Part shown: in pieces, positions 6,956 through 16,381 of the stretch
How positions within the stretch are numbered: the stretch's first letter is position 1
Layout of the letters: each line of letters begins with the position of its first letter
Virus record (IMG/VR): IMGVR_UViG_3300020043_000479
Span: 1-36,860 of that record
Source: a virus
Taxonomy: Duplodnaviria > Caudoviricetes
DNA length: 36,860 nucleotides
Direction: 5' to 3' (one strand)
Made by a program: the position numbers and the translations under genes
The notes under the pieces: generated by a model
Databases searched by the model: none
What the model was told of the DNA's origin: nothing
What the model saw: the letters and a program-made list of their open reading frames with translations, nothing else

Positions 6956-8407
6956 ATGCCATTAAATGAACTAACTCCCGCAGGCCAGAATGAATTGGGT
7001 GCTGCCTTTGGTCTTTATCCGAGCATGGGCAAGCGTAGGGTTCAAGACCCTGTGGGGGCTACAGAGATGCCTTTGCAGTTCTTGAGGGGTAGGGTTGCTG
7101 GTACGTTGGGGATGCCGTCTGATGTCCTTAATACGGTTAGAAGTCCTATGCCGATGGAAGCGTTTGGTGATGTGGATTACAGCCAGATGAAGTTGTTGCC
7201 TTATGGGACTAGCCAGTTACTGAAGGAGTTGCCGCTTGCGCCTAAGTCTAGGGCTGGAGAGGTAGCGGGGGAGATTGGGGCAATAGCGCCAATGACTCCT
7301 GCTGAGGTGTTAAAGGCTGCTCGGGTTGCGCGTCAGGCTGCGTTGGCTGGTGGCAAGGTTGCGAAACAGGGTGCGGGATTGGTGGGTGAGGAATTGAATG
7401 CTGCGATGTTGGGTGAGCGTAGGGGTACGTTACTTGGTGCGGTTACGCCACAGCCTAACTTCATGTATATCCCTGCTAGTCAGCAAGAGGCGTTTCAGGC
7501 TTCTAAGATGCTGAGAAACAACACGCCTCAAGAGGTGTGGAATAAAACGGGGGTTGCAAAGTTTGGGGATGATTTTGTCAAAGAGATTCCTGACGTTAAT
7601 GCGACTGCTTCGTTTACGCATCTTCAGGGTGTGAATAACGGGGACATGATTCCGAATTCTGGGTTTAACCATCCTGAGCTTTATGCTTTGATGCCTGAAT
7701 TGAAGGCTCATGGTCAGTTGGGATTGAGAGAAGACAGGATGTCTGGCAGCTTCCGAAAGGTTGGGGATAGTGGGTCTTTGATTGCTAGAGCGCCGAATGA
7801 GAAGGATTTGAAGACTGTGTTTGCACATGAGATGCAACACGCTATTCAGGATGCTCAAGGTTGGGAGCGCGGTGGAAGCCCCAAAGATATTGGCATGGAT
7901 ATTGCCGAAAATAAGCTAAAGGCTCAAGAGGTTGCGGCAACACTTGAGAAATACCAGAACAAGGCTTCGGATGAGGCTAGACACGCAAGCCCTGATTTGG
8001 TGGCTCAAGCTACTCAATGGGCTGAAAAGACGGGTGTTCCTTGGTATCAGGGAGCCGATAAAAACATTATTGTGAAAGATTATTTGCTTTCGCAAGACCC
8101 TGTTTATGCGAGTCTGTATCAAACTCATGCGGATTTGGCCTATAACAAGCCTGCTTTGTTGGGTGCGGAAGAGACTTACAAACGGTTGGCTGGTGAGGTT
8201 CAGGCTCGGTCTACACAAAATCGAGTTGATTTGACTGATGCACAAAGAAGGCAGTATTTCCCGTTTGAGATGAAATCTGAGGCTAATCCTTACGGGTTGG
8301 ATGTTGCGCCAGAAGATTTGATTTACCGTAGCCAGATGGGTGAAAACAATCTGCGCCGAAGCCCTAAAGCCGCTATGGATAGAAATGAACTCCGCAAAGG
8401 TCGTTAA
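6956..8407 (+). CDS. Polyvalent-protein-type protein with zincin HExxH motif (LPD23/metallopeptidase-like)
   Basis: HEMQHAIQDAQGWERGGSP and YKRLAGEVQAR...RRQYFP motifs; Ala/Gly-rich N-terminus. Confidence 0.65.
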   Translation: MPLNELTPAGQNELGAAFGLYPSMGKRRVQDPVGATEMPLQFLRGRVAGTLGMPSDVLNTVRSPMPMEAFGDVDYSQMKLLPYGTSQLLKELPLAPKSRAGEVAGEIGAIAPMTPAEVLKAARVARQAALAGGKVAKQGAGLVGEELNAAMLGERRGTLLGAVTPQPNFMYIPASQQEAFQASKMLRNNTPQEVWNKTGVAKFGDDFVKEIPDVNATASFTHLQGVNNGDMIPNSGFNHPELYALMPELKAHGQLGLREDRMSGSFRKVGDSGSLIARAPNEKDLKTVFAHEMQHAIQDAQGWERGGSPKDIGMDIAENKLKAQEVAATLEKYQNKASDEARHASPDLVAQATQWAEKTGVPWYQGADKNIIVKDYLLSQDPVYASLYQTHADLAYNKPALLGAEETYKRLAGEVQARSTQNRVDLTDAQRRQYFPFEMKSEANPYGLDVAPEDLIYRSQMGENNLRRSPKAAMDRNELRKGR

Positions 8408-9930
8408 TGCAAACTCCAATTTATAAGTCCGAAGAAGAACAAAAGCTAATGGTAGAACTGTGGTCGCCTGCGATTGCAGATGACCCTGAAGCCTTTGTCC
8501 TTTTCGCTTTTCCTTGGGGACAGAAAAACACGCCTTTGGCTAACTTTAGCGGTCCAAGAAAGTGGCAACGTGAGGTTTTGCGGGAGATTACCGCCCACAT
8601 TAAGAAGCAAAAAGGGCTGATTGACTACGAAACCATCCGCATGGCTGTCTCATCTGGTCGCGGTATCGGCAAGTCTGCTCTGGTTTCTTGGCTCATTCTT
8701 TGGATGCTGACTACAAGAATTGGCGGCTCGGTCGTGGTTTCGGCTAACAGCGAGAACCAATTGCGCTCGGTGACATGGGCTGAATTGACAAAATGGGCGG
8801 CTATGCTCATCAATTCGCACTGGTGGGAAGTCTCAGCTACCAAATTGACCCCTGCTAAGTGGCTGACTGACCTTGTAGAGCGTGATTTGAAGAAAGGTAC
8901 GCGCTATTGGGCGTGTGAAGGCAAGCTGTGGAGCGCCGAAACCCCTGATTCTTATGCTGGTGTCCACAACCAAGACGGCATGATGCTGATTTTTGACGAA
9001 TCTAGCGGTATTCCTAACCCAATTTGGGAAGTGGGCGCAGGCTTCTTTACAGAAAACAGCCCAGACCGCTATTGGTTTGCGTTTTCCAACCCACGGCGCA
9101 ATGAAGGCTACTTTTTTGAGTGTTTCCATGCCAAACGGGACTTCTGGACATCAAAAATTGTGGATGCTCGGACAGTTGAGGACACAGACAAGTCAATTTA
9201 CGAGCAAATCATTGCTGAATACGGTGAAGATAGCTCTCAGGCCAAGGTTGAGGTGTACGGAGAGTTCCCATCTGCGGGTGAAGACCAGTTTATTTCGCCA
9301 ATGATTGTGGATGACGCTATGAAACGCCCAAAGTGGAAGGATTTAACTGCTCCAACCATCGTGGGGGTTGATCCCGCCCGTGGTGGCGCTGACTCTACGG
9401 TCATTGCTGTGCGACAAGGAAGGGATATTGTGTCCATCAAACGCTACAAAGGCGAGGACACGATGGAGATTGTGGGTCGTGTCATTGAAGCAATTGAGGA
9501 ATTTAAGCCTACGTTGACTGTGATTGACGAGGGTGGCTTGGGATATGGCATTTTGGATCGTTTGACCGAACAAAGGTACAAAGTCAGGGGTGTGAACTTT
9601 GGAAACAAGGCAAAACATCCACAGGCGTTTGGAAATAAACGGGCTGAAATGTGGAATGACATGAGGAACTGGCTAAAATCTGCTAGTATTCCGACAGATC
9701 GACAATTGAAGGCTGACTTAACAGGTCCGACAAAGAAGCCTAATTCGTCTGGAACTATTTTCTTGGAAGGCAAAAAAGAGATGAAAGCCCGTGGTTTGGC
9801 TTCTCCTGACGCAGCAGACGCAATTGCTGTGACTTTTGCTTTCCCTGTGGCGCATCGTTCGTACACAGAAGTGGCTAGGCGCATTGTGTCCCAACGCAGT
9901 GCAGTATCAACAGGATGGATGGGCAGTTAA
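8407..9930 (+). CDS. terL: Terminase large subunit
   Basis: Walker A SGRGIGKS, Walker B LIFDES, SNP coupling motif, nuclease GVDPARGGAD and SPDAADA. Confidence 0.95.
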   Translation: MQTPIYKSEEEQKLMVELWSPAIADDPEAFVLFAFPWGQKNTPLANFSGPRKWQREVLREITAHIKKQKGLIDYETIRMAVSSGRGIGKSALVSWLILWMLTTRIGGSVVVSANSENQLRSVTWAELTKWAAMLINSHWWEVSATKLTPAKWLTDLVERDLKKGTRYWACEGKLWSAETPDSYAGVHNQDGMMLIFDESSGIPNPIWEVGAGFFTENSPDRYWFAFSNPRRNEGYFFECFHAKRDFWTSKIVDARTVEDTDKSIYEQIIAEYGEDSSQAKVEVYGEFPSAGEDQFISPMIVDDAMKRPKWKDLTAPTIVGVDPARGGADSTVIAVRQGRDIVSIKRYKGEDTMEIVGRVIEAIEEFKPTLTVIDEGGLGYGILDRLTEQRYKVRGVNFGNKAKHPQAFGNKRAEMWNDMRNWLKSASIPTDRQLKADLTGPTKKPNSSGTIFLEGKKEMKARGLASPDAADAIAVTFAFPVAHRSYTEVARRIVSQRSAVSTGWMGS

Positions 9931-9943
9931 TGCCAACAAAAGA

Positions 9944-10189
9944 ATGACACTAAAAGCCCTGAAAGACTGCGTTATCATTGAGCGCGACATTGAAAAGCAT
10001 GAATTATTTGTGCTTCCACCTGGCGATCCAATGGAAACAGGCATTGTGGTAGCCGTTGGCCCTGATTGCAAAGACATTAAGGTTGGCGACCACCTTTATT
10101 TTGGCGTTGGGCAAGAATTTACGCATGAGAAACAGTCATACATCGTTATGCGTGAGCCTCATGTAACTGGAGTTTTAGAACATGGCTGA
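9944..10189 (+). CDS. GroES/Cpn10-like co-chaperonin
   Basis: LKALKDCVIIE...GIVVAVGP...IKVGDHLYF...YIVMRE..VTGVL; ATG 9944. Confidence 0.8.
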   Translation: MTLKALKDCVIIERDIEKHELFVLPPGDPMETGIVVAVGPDCKDIKVGDHLYFGVGQEFTHEKQSYIVMREPHVTGVLEHG

Positions 10190-12389
10190 TTACACAGGTA
10201 TTGCCGCCGCTGGTGCGGTATCTAATGGTGGCGGTAAAGCCAATAGTTCATCTGATGTTTTGGCAACAGCGCGTAGCCGTCTAGACCAAGCAATCTCTGC
10301 ACTGTCAGAAAGCCGTGAAGACGAAATTGATGATTTACGCTTTTATGCGGGTTCACCAGACAACCAATGGCAATGGCCTGCTGACGTTTTAGCCACTCGC
10401 GGTGCGGTGCAAGGTCAAACGATCAACGCTCGACCCACTCTAACTGTCAACAAACTACCACAGCACGTTCGTCAAGTGACGAATGATCAGCGTCAGAATC
10501 GCCCAGGCGCAAAGGTTATCCCCGTGGATGACAACGCTGACGTTGAAGTTGCTGAAGTGTTCAACGGCATGATTCGCCATATTGAGTACATCTCTGACGC
10601 TGACGTTGCTTATGACACAGCTTGCGAGAACCAAGTGGCTTATGGTGAGGGTTATATCCGCATCTTGACCGAGTATTGCGACCCAAATTCGTTTAACCAA
10701 GACATCAAAATTGGTCGAATCCGCAATTCTTTCTCGGTCTACATGGACCCGCTGATTCAAGACCCAACTGGCGCAGACGCTAAGTGGTGCTTTATCACCG
10801 AGGACATCCCCAAAGCCCAATACGAGCGTGAATATCCCAATTCAGCGCCTATCTCTACTTTGCAGTCCTTGGGTGTGGGCGACCAATCAATCAGCAATTG
10901 GTTGAATGAAAACACAGTCCGAATCGCTGATTACTACTACATTGAATACCAAAAACGCACACTGCATCTGTACCCAGGTAACGTGACCGCCTTTGAGGGG
11001 ACAATGGAAGACAAGCAACTCAAAGTCTTGTACGGCAATCCTAAGAACAAGCGTATTGTTCAAGACCCCAAAGTCAAATACTGCAAGATCAACGGATATG
11101 AAATCCTTGAAGAAGCAGAATGGGCTGGCAAGTGGATTCCCGTTGTCCGTATTGTGGGCAACGAGTTTGAAGTTGATGGTCGTTTGTACGTTTCGGGCTT
11201 GGTGCGTAACGCCAAAGATGCTCAACGTATGTATAACTATTGGGTTTCCCAAGAAGCTGAGATGTTGGCGCTGGCTCCCAAAGCTCCGTTTATTGGTTAT
11301 GGCGGTCAGTTTGAAGGCTATGAAGACAAGTGGAAGACAGCCAACACCAACAACTGGCCTTACTTGGAAGTCAACCCTGATGTGACTGATGGTCAAGGCG
11401 CTGTGTTGCCTTTGCCAGCAAGAGCGCAACCACCTATGGCTTCTAGCGGTCTGCTTCAGGCTAAGTCTGGTGCGGCTGAAGACATTAAGTCCACAACTGG
11501 TCAATACAACGCTTCTTTGGGCATGGTTTCAAACGAGCGTTCTGGCAAAGCCATTCTTGCGCGTCAGCGTGAAGGCGATGTCGGCACTTACCACTATGGC
11601 GACAACTTAGCCCGTGGCGTTCGTCACATTGCCCGTCAATTGATTGACCTTATCCCCAAAATCTACGACACAGAGCGCATTGCCCGTGTGATCGGTGAGG
11701 ATGGCGAGACAAAGATGGCTAAGATTAATCCTGAACAACAAGAGCCAGTTAAGAAGATTATTGATGAGCAAGGCGTTGTGATTGAAAAGGTCTACAACCC
11801 TAGCGTTGGTAAGTACGATGTGGTGGCTACGACAGGCCCAGGCTACGCAACCAAGCGCCAAGAAGCGTTGGAAGCAATGGCTGTTCTCTTGCAAGGCAAC
11901 CCACAATTGTGGCAAGTGGCTGGTGATTTGTTCGTTAAGAACATGGATTGGCCTGGCGCACAAGAAATGGCAGCTCGATTCAAGAAGACAATTGATCCAC
12001 AACTCTTGGCTTCTGGCGACAAATCGCCTGAGTTGCAAGCGGCTGAACAGCAGATGGAAGCTATGGCGCATGAGATGGAAGCCATGCACAACATGATCAC
12101 CAATGTTGGCAAATCCATTGAGATGCAAGATTTGCACCGCAAGGACTACGAGGCAGAAATCAAGGCTTATCAGGCTGAAACACAGCGTATGCAAGCCGTT
12201 CAAGCCAATATGTCGCCTGAACAAATCCAAGATATTGTCTTGGGTACAGTTCACGGAATGATCACTTCTGGCGATTTGTTGGCTGAAATGCCAGGTCAAG
12301 ACATTGATGTTGGTCCTGAAATTATGCCTGAACAGATGGAACAGCAACAAATGCCACAAGGTATGCCACCTGAAGGAATGCCACAATGA
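10182..12389 (+). CDS. Portal protein (P22 gp1-like)
   Basis: DLRFYAG...QW, RPTLTVNKL, KDAQRMYNYW, SGKAILARQ, YDTERIARVIGED; 735 aa. Confidence 0.95.
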   Translation: MADYTGIAAAGAVSNGGGKANSSSDVLATARSRLDQAISALSESREDEIDDLRFYAGSPDNQWQWPADVLATRGAVQGQTINARPTLTVNKLPQHVRQVTNDQRQNRPGAKVIPVDDNADVEVAEVFNGMIRHIEYISDADVAYDTACENQVAYGEGYIRILTEYCDPNSFNQDIKIGRIRNSFSVYMDPLIQDPTGADAKWCFITEDIPKAQYEREYPNSAPISTLQSLGVGDQSISNWLNENTVRIADYYYIEYQKRTLHLYPGNVTAFEGTMEDKQLKVLYGNPKNKRIVQDPKVKYCKINGYEILEEAEWAGKWIPVVRIVGNEFEVDGRLYVSGLVRNAKDAQRMYNYWVSQEAEMLALAPKAPFIGYGGQFEGYEDKWKTANTNNWPYLEVNPDVTDGQGAVLPLPARAQPPMASSGLLQAKSGAAEDIKSTTGQYNASLGMVSNERSGKAILARQREGDVGTYHYGDNLARGVRHIARQLIDLIPKIYDTERIARVIGEDGETKMAKINPEQQEPVKKIIDEQGVVIEKVYNPSVGKYDVVATTGPGYATKRQEALEAMAVLLQGNPQLWQVAGDLFVKNMDWPGAQEMAARFKKTIDPQLLASGDKSPELQAAEQQMEAMAHEMEAMHNMITNVGKSIEMQDLHRKDYEAEIKAYQAETQRMQAVQANMSPEQIQDIVLGTVHGMITSGDLLAEMPGQDIDVGPEIMPEQMEQQQMPQGMPPEGMPQ

Positions 12390-12748
12390 ACGCAGCGCAA
12401 TTCGTAGGTTTACTGTTCTTGGGTCGTAATGTCGCCCATTCAGTCCACCTGAACACTCGCAGTTACTCAAAACACAAGGCGCTTGGTCACTTCTATGAAG
12501 ATGTGATTGAGCTTGCCGATAAGTTTGCGGAAGCCTACCAAGGTCGCCACGGACTAATCGGCCCTATTGCCATTCCTGCATCAAAGAAGACAGCCAACAT
12601 CATTGAGTTCCTACAAGGGCAACTTGATGAGATTGAAAAAGGTCGCTACGATGTGTGCGAAAAAACAGACACTCCAATTCAAAACATCATTGATGAAATC
12701 GTTGGTTTGTATTTGTCAACCATCTATAAACTGAGATTTCTAGCATGA
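12386..12748 (+). CDS. Ferritin/Dps-like four-helix protein (DUF5856-like)
   Basis: AHSVHLNT...HKALGHFYE...ADKFAEAYQG...NIIDEI...YKLRFL. Confidence 0.65.
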   Translation: MNAAQFVGLLFLGRNVAHSVHLNTRSYSKHKALGHFYEDVIELADKFAEAYQGRHGLIGPIAIPASKKTANIIEFLQGQLDEIEKGRYDVCEKTDTPIQNIIDEIVGLYLSTIYKLRFLA

Positions 12749-13530
12749 GTACACCTTACGTTTCGCAGACCCAATACGGCAAAAATGAGGTTTTTGGACT
12801 TCAGGTCGCCCGTGGTCAAATCCAAGGTCATAGTGCTGTGATTGTGTTTGGATATAACCCTGACGTTGATCTTACACAAGAGTCTGTATGGCCTGATGGC
12901 GGAACAGTTCCTCATCCAACAAGTGCATCAGTTTTAAAAATCAGTTCATCTGATGCCAACGATACATCTGCTGGCACTGGCGCTCGTACCGTATTCATTG
13001 AAGGTTTGGATGGAAACTATGCCGTTGTCAGCGAAACCGTCACATTGAACGGCCAAACAGCCGTCAACACGACTCATTCATATCTATATGTGAACTCGTT
13101 TTACGTTGTCACAGTAGGTTCTGGCGGTGAAAACGCAGGCAACATCAACGCAGGTACTGGCGTGGTCACGGCAGGTGTTCCTGCGGTGCTATACGACATC
13201 ATTGCTGCTGGATTTAACAACCGCACAACTGGTCACTATTGCGTACCCGCAGGCTACACAGCCTACATGGTTCAAGGTTTGTTCTCCGCTGGTCAAGCCT
13301 CTGGTACGACCGCTGTTACTGGTTTTTTAAAGCAACACGGTCCAGATGGCATCGTTCGCGTTGGCGCGGTTTCAACCGTGAACAACAGCGCGGCAGACTA
13401 TCTTTTTGAAACACCGTATATGATTCCAGAGAAAAATTGCGTTGGTGCAACAGCTATTGGCGCTGCGACTAATAACGCAGTAAGTTCGTATTTCAACATC
13501 GTTCTCATCAAAAACTCAACAGGATACTAA
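12745..13530 (+). CDS. Hypothetical, probably virion-associated beta-rich protein
   Basis: Gly/Thr/Val-rich; head-gene region. Confidence 0.6.
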   Translation: MSTPYVSQTQYGKNEVFGLQVARGQIQGHSAVIVFGYNPDVDLTQESVWPDGGTVPHPTSASVLKISSSDANDTSAGTGARTVFIEGLDGNYAVVSETVTLNGQTAVNTTHSYLYVNSFYVVTVGSGGENAGNINAGTGVVTAGVPAVLYDIIAAGFNNRTTGHYCVPAGYTAYMVQGLFSAGQASGTTAVTGFLKQHGPDGIVRVGAVSTVNNSAADYLFETPYMIPEKNCVGATAIGAATNNAVSSYFNIVLIKNSTGY

Positions 13531-13532
13531 TC

Positions 13533-13799
13533 ATGGCTCTTTATAAACAAGGCAATGCAGACTCGCAAATCAAAGTTGGCGCAGGCAAACTGTTTGGCGT
13601 TTTCATTTCTACCACCACTAGCGGCACTTTTGCTCTGTACGACAGCGCAACTGCAAGCACTAGCGACCCCAAAATTGTCAACACTGTGACCGTAGCCGCT
13701 GGCACTCAATATGTTAGTTTCCCTGCTGGCTTGTGGTTTAGCAAAGGTCTATACATCGACATTGCCAACACCATTGAGTACACTGTTGCTTACGAATAA
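13533..13799 (+). CDS. Hypothetical small beta-rich virion protein
   Basis: ORF track, AGGA SD. Confidence 0.6.
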   Translation: MALYKQGNADSQIKVGAGKLFGVFISTTTSGTFALYDSATASTSDPKIVNTVTVAAGTQYVSFPAGLWFSKGLYIDIANTIEYTVAYE

Positions 13800-13814
13800 A
13801 TTTTGATGTAATAT
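13786..13814 (+). promoter_or_regulatory. Putative sigma70 promoter for scaffold/coat genes
   Basis: TTGCTT-17 bp-TAATAT. Confidence 0.5.
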
Positions 13815-13863
13815 CAAAGCAACCTATCGGCGGGTTTCACCGAGGAATCTTAGGATTCAATAA

Positions 13864-14652
13864 ATGACTGATGAAGTCCAAAACCTAGCGGAAGTTGACT
13901 CCGCGCCAGTTCCTGAAGTGACGACCACTCCTGAACCTGTAGAACAAAAGTCGGTAGTTGCTGATGAAAGCACAGAACAGCCTGTTGAGGAAAAGAAGTA
14001 CTCTCAAGCTGAAATTGATGCAATGATTGGCAAACGCCTCGCAAGAGAGCAACGTAAGTGGGAACGTGAACAAGCGCAACGAGTTGTTGAAAAACAAGTC
14101 GCGCCAAGCGAGATTCCAACGCCTGACCAGTTTCAGTCGCCTAATGACTATGCGGAGTTTATCCGTCTAGAGGCTGACAAGCTAGTCCAGCAACGGGAAG
14201 CAGCGCGGCAACAATCGCAAGTTCTAGAAAGCTATCAAGAGCGTGAAGAACAGGCGCGGGACAAATATGATGACTTTGAACAAGTCGCATATAACCCTAA
14301 CCTACCAATCACAAACGTGATGGCAGAAACGATCCAACATTCTGACATTGGCCCTGAGTTAGCTTACTTTCTCGGAACCAACCCAAAGGATGCTGAACGT
14401 ATTTCTCGCTTGTCGCCCTATATGCAAGCAAAAGAGATTGGCAAGATTGAGGCTAAATTAGCTGATAACCCGCCGATCAAAAAAACGACTTCTGCGCCAG
14501 CGCCGATTTCGCCTGTTACCGCACGAACCACTGGTTCGCCAGCACTTGACACTACGGACCCACGCTCTATCAAGAGCATGACAACTTCGCAGTGGATTGA
14601 AGCTGAACGCTTACGACAGACGAAAAAGTGGGAAGCGCAGCGAAACCGCTAA
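13864..14652 (+). CDS. Capsid scaffolding protein
   Basis: Acidic N-terminus, coiled coil, GPELAYFLG.NP...APAPISPV; directly upstream of coat. Confidence 0.85.
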   Translation: MTDEVQNLAEVDSAPVPEVTTTPEPVEQKSVVADESTEQPVEEKKYSQAEIDAMIGKRLAREQRKWEREQAQRVVEKQVAPSEIPTPDQFQSPNDYAEFIRLEADKLVQQREAARQQSQVLESYQEREEQARDKYDDFEQVAYNPNLPITNVMAETIQHSDIGPELAYFLGTNPKDAERISRLSPYMQAKEIGKIEAKLADNPPIKKTTSAPAPISPVTARTTGSPALDTTDPRSIKSMTTSQWIEAERLRQTKKWEAQRNR

Positions 14653-14669
14653 TTTTTTAAGGACAAAAA

Positions 14670-15872
14670 ATGTCAAACAGTATCTTAACCATTGATATGA
14701 TCACCCGTAAGGCTCTCGAAATTCTCGAGAACAACTTGGTGATCACCCGTAACGTCAACCGCCAGTACGATGACAGCTTCGCTGTTGAAGGTGCAAAGAT
14801 TGGTTCAACTCTGCGTATTCGCTTGCCCGATCGCGCTTTGGTGACTGATGGCGCTGCCTTGCAAGTGCAAGATGACAACGAACAGTACACAACTCTGACC
14901 GTGTCTAGCCAAAAGCACATTGGTGTCAACTTCACATCTGCTGAATTGACCATGCAATTGGATGACTTCGCAGAGCGCGTGTTGAAGCCTCGTATTAGCC
15001 AATTGGCTTCTAGCGTGGATGCTGACGTTGCAAACGCATTCAAATACATCGGTAACTCTGTCGGCACTCCTGGCACTACTCCTTCAACTTCTCTGGTCTT
15101 GTTGCAAGCCCAACAAAAGCTGAACGAAAACGCTGCTGTGATGTCTCCACGTTACGCTACCGTCAACCCTGCCGCTAACGCTGGTTTGGTTGAAGGCATG
15201 AAAGGTCTGTTCAACCCAACAGACACTATCAGCAAGCAATTCAAGAACGGCATGATGGGTACTGGCGTGTTGGGCTTTGACGAAATCAATATGTCTCAGT
15301 CTATCAAGCAGTTCACAACTGGTTCTCGCGCTGCTACTGGCGGTACAACTTCTGCTGCTGTGACTTCTGAAGGCGCTACTAGCATTTCAATGACTGTTGG
15401 CTCTGGCGTGACCGTGAAGCAAGGTGATGTGTTCACTATCGCTGATTGCTACGCTGTGAACCCACAGACCCGCGAATCTACTGGTTCTTTGTTCCAGTTC
15501 GTTGCTGCCGCTGACGCTACTGCTGTTAGCACCGCTATCACTGTGACCGTGGCTCCTATCTACTCTGCCTCTAATGCTTTGGCTACTGTGGATGCGTTGC
15601 CTGGTAACAGCAAGGCTGTGGTGTTCGTTGGTGCTGCTTCTACTGTGTACCCACAAAACTTGGTGTATCACAAAGATGCAATCACCTTCGCAACTGCTGA
15701 CTTGTTGTTGCCACAAGGCGTGGACATGGCTTCTCGCGCTGTTCACAACGGTATTTCTCTCCGCGTTGTCCGTCAGTACGACATCAACAACGACCGTATG
15801 CCTTGCCGTATTGACGTTCTCTACGGCTACAGCACGATCCGCCCACAAATGGGTGTTCGTCTGTGGGGCTAA
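14670..15872 (+). CDS. Major capsid protein (P22 gp5-like)
   Basis: KIGSTLRIRLP, NLVYHKDAITFAT, RIDVLYG motifs. Confidence 0.95.
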   Translation: MSNSILTIDMITRKALEILENNLVITRNVNRQYDDSFAVEGAKIGSTLRIRLPDRALVTDGAALQVQDDNEQYTTLTVSSQKHIGVNFTSAELTMQLDDFAERVLKPRISQLASSVDADVANAFKYIGNSVGTPGTTPSTSLVLLQAQQKLNENAAVMSPRYATVNPAANAGLVEGMKGLFNPTDTISKQFKNGMMGTGVLGFDEINMSQSIKQFTTGSRAATGGTTSAAVTSEGATSISMTVGSGVTVKQGDVFTIADCYAVNPQTRESTGSLFQFVAAADATAVSTAITVTVAPIYSASNALATVDALPGNSKAVVFVGAASTVYPQNLVYHKDAITFATADLLLPQGVDMASRAVHNGISLRVVRQYDINNDRMPCRIDVLYGYSTIRPQMGVRLWG

Positions 15873-15875
15873 TCT

Positions 15876-15908
15876 GAAATGGGGCTTCGGCCCCTTTCTT
15901 CGTTTTAC
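15876..15908 (+). terminator. Rho-independent terminator after coat gene
   Basis: GGGGC-TTCG-GCCCC followed by TTTCTTCGTTTT. Confidence 0.8.
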
Positions 15909-15928
15909 ATTTTTTAAGGATATTTATC

Positions 15929-16339
15929 ATGGCACTCCCAAACGGCGCAGGTGGTTACCAAGTTGGTGACGGCAACCTTTCTGAAGTTCAGATCAACACT
16001 CAACCCGCTCCTCAAACTGCAACCGCAACTGCAACTTTGACTGTGGCTCAAATCACTGGTGGCATCTTGCTTGGTTCGCCTGGCTCGTCTGCCGCTGCTT
16101 ACACTTTGCCTACAGGCTCTAGCTTGGACTCAACTGTGTCTAGCGCTAAAGTGAACAGCTCATTTGACTTCAGCGTGTGTAACGTAGATGGCTCTAGCTC
16201 TGGCGTTATCACAATGACTGCTGGCACAGGCTGGACTATCGTTGGCTTGGCTACTGTTGCTGCTACTGCTGGTACTACTGGTTCGTTCCGCGCCCGTAAA
16301 ACTGGCGATGGCACTTGGACTTTGTACCGCTTGGCCTAA
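15929..16339 (+). CDS. Putative capsid decoration/minor head protein
   Basis: Thr/Gly-rich, YTLPTG motif, follows coat; AAGGA SD. Confidence 0.6.
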   Translation: MALPNGAGGYQVGDGNLSEVQINTQPAPQTATATATLTVAQITGGILLGSPGSSAAAYTLPTGSSLDSTVSSAKVNSSFDFSVCNVDGSSSGVITMTAGTGWTIVGLATVAATAGTTGSFRARKTGDGTWTLYRLA

Positions 16340-16343
16340 ACCT

Positions 16344-16369
16344 AAATGGGGGCTTAGGCTCCCATTTTT
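16344..16369 (+). terminator. Terminator-like hairpin
   Basis: AAATGGGGGC-TTAG-GCTCCCATTTTT. Confidence 0.7.
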
Positions 16370-16381
16370 AAAGGAAACATC

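Noticed and set aside
11607-12470. Long antisense ORF (287 aa) and similar ones such as 23847-24554 and 10887-11504
   Set aside because: Shadows of strongly coding + strand genes; no motifs and no expression signals noticed
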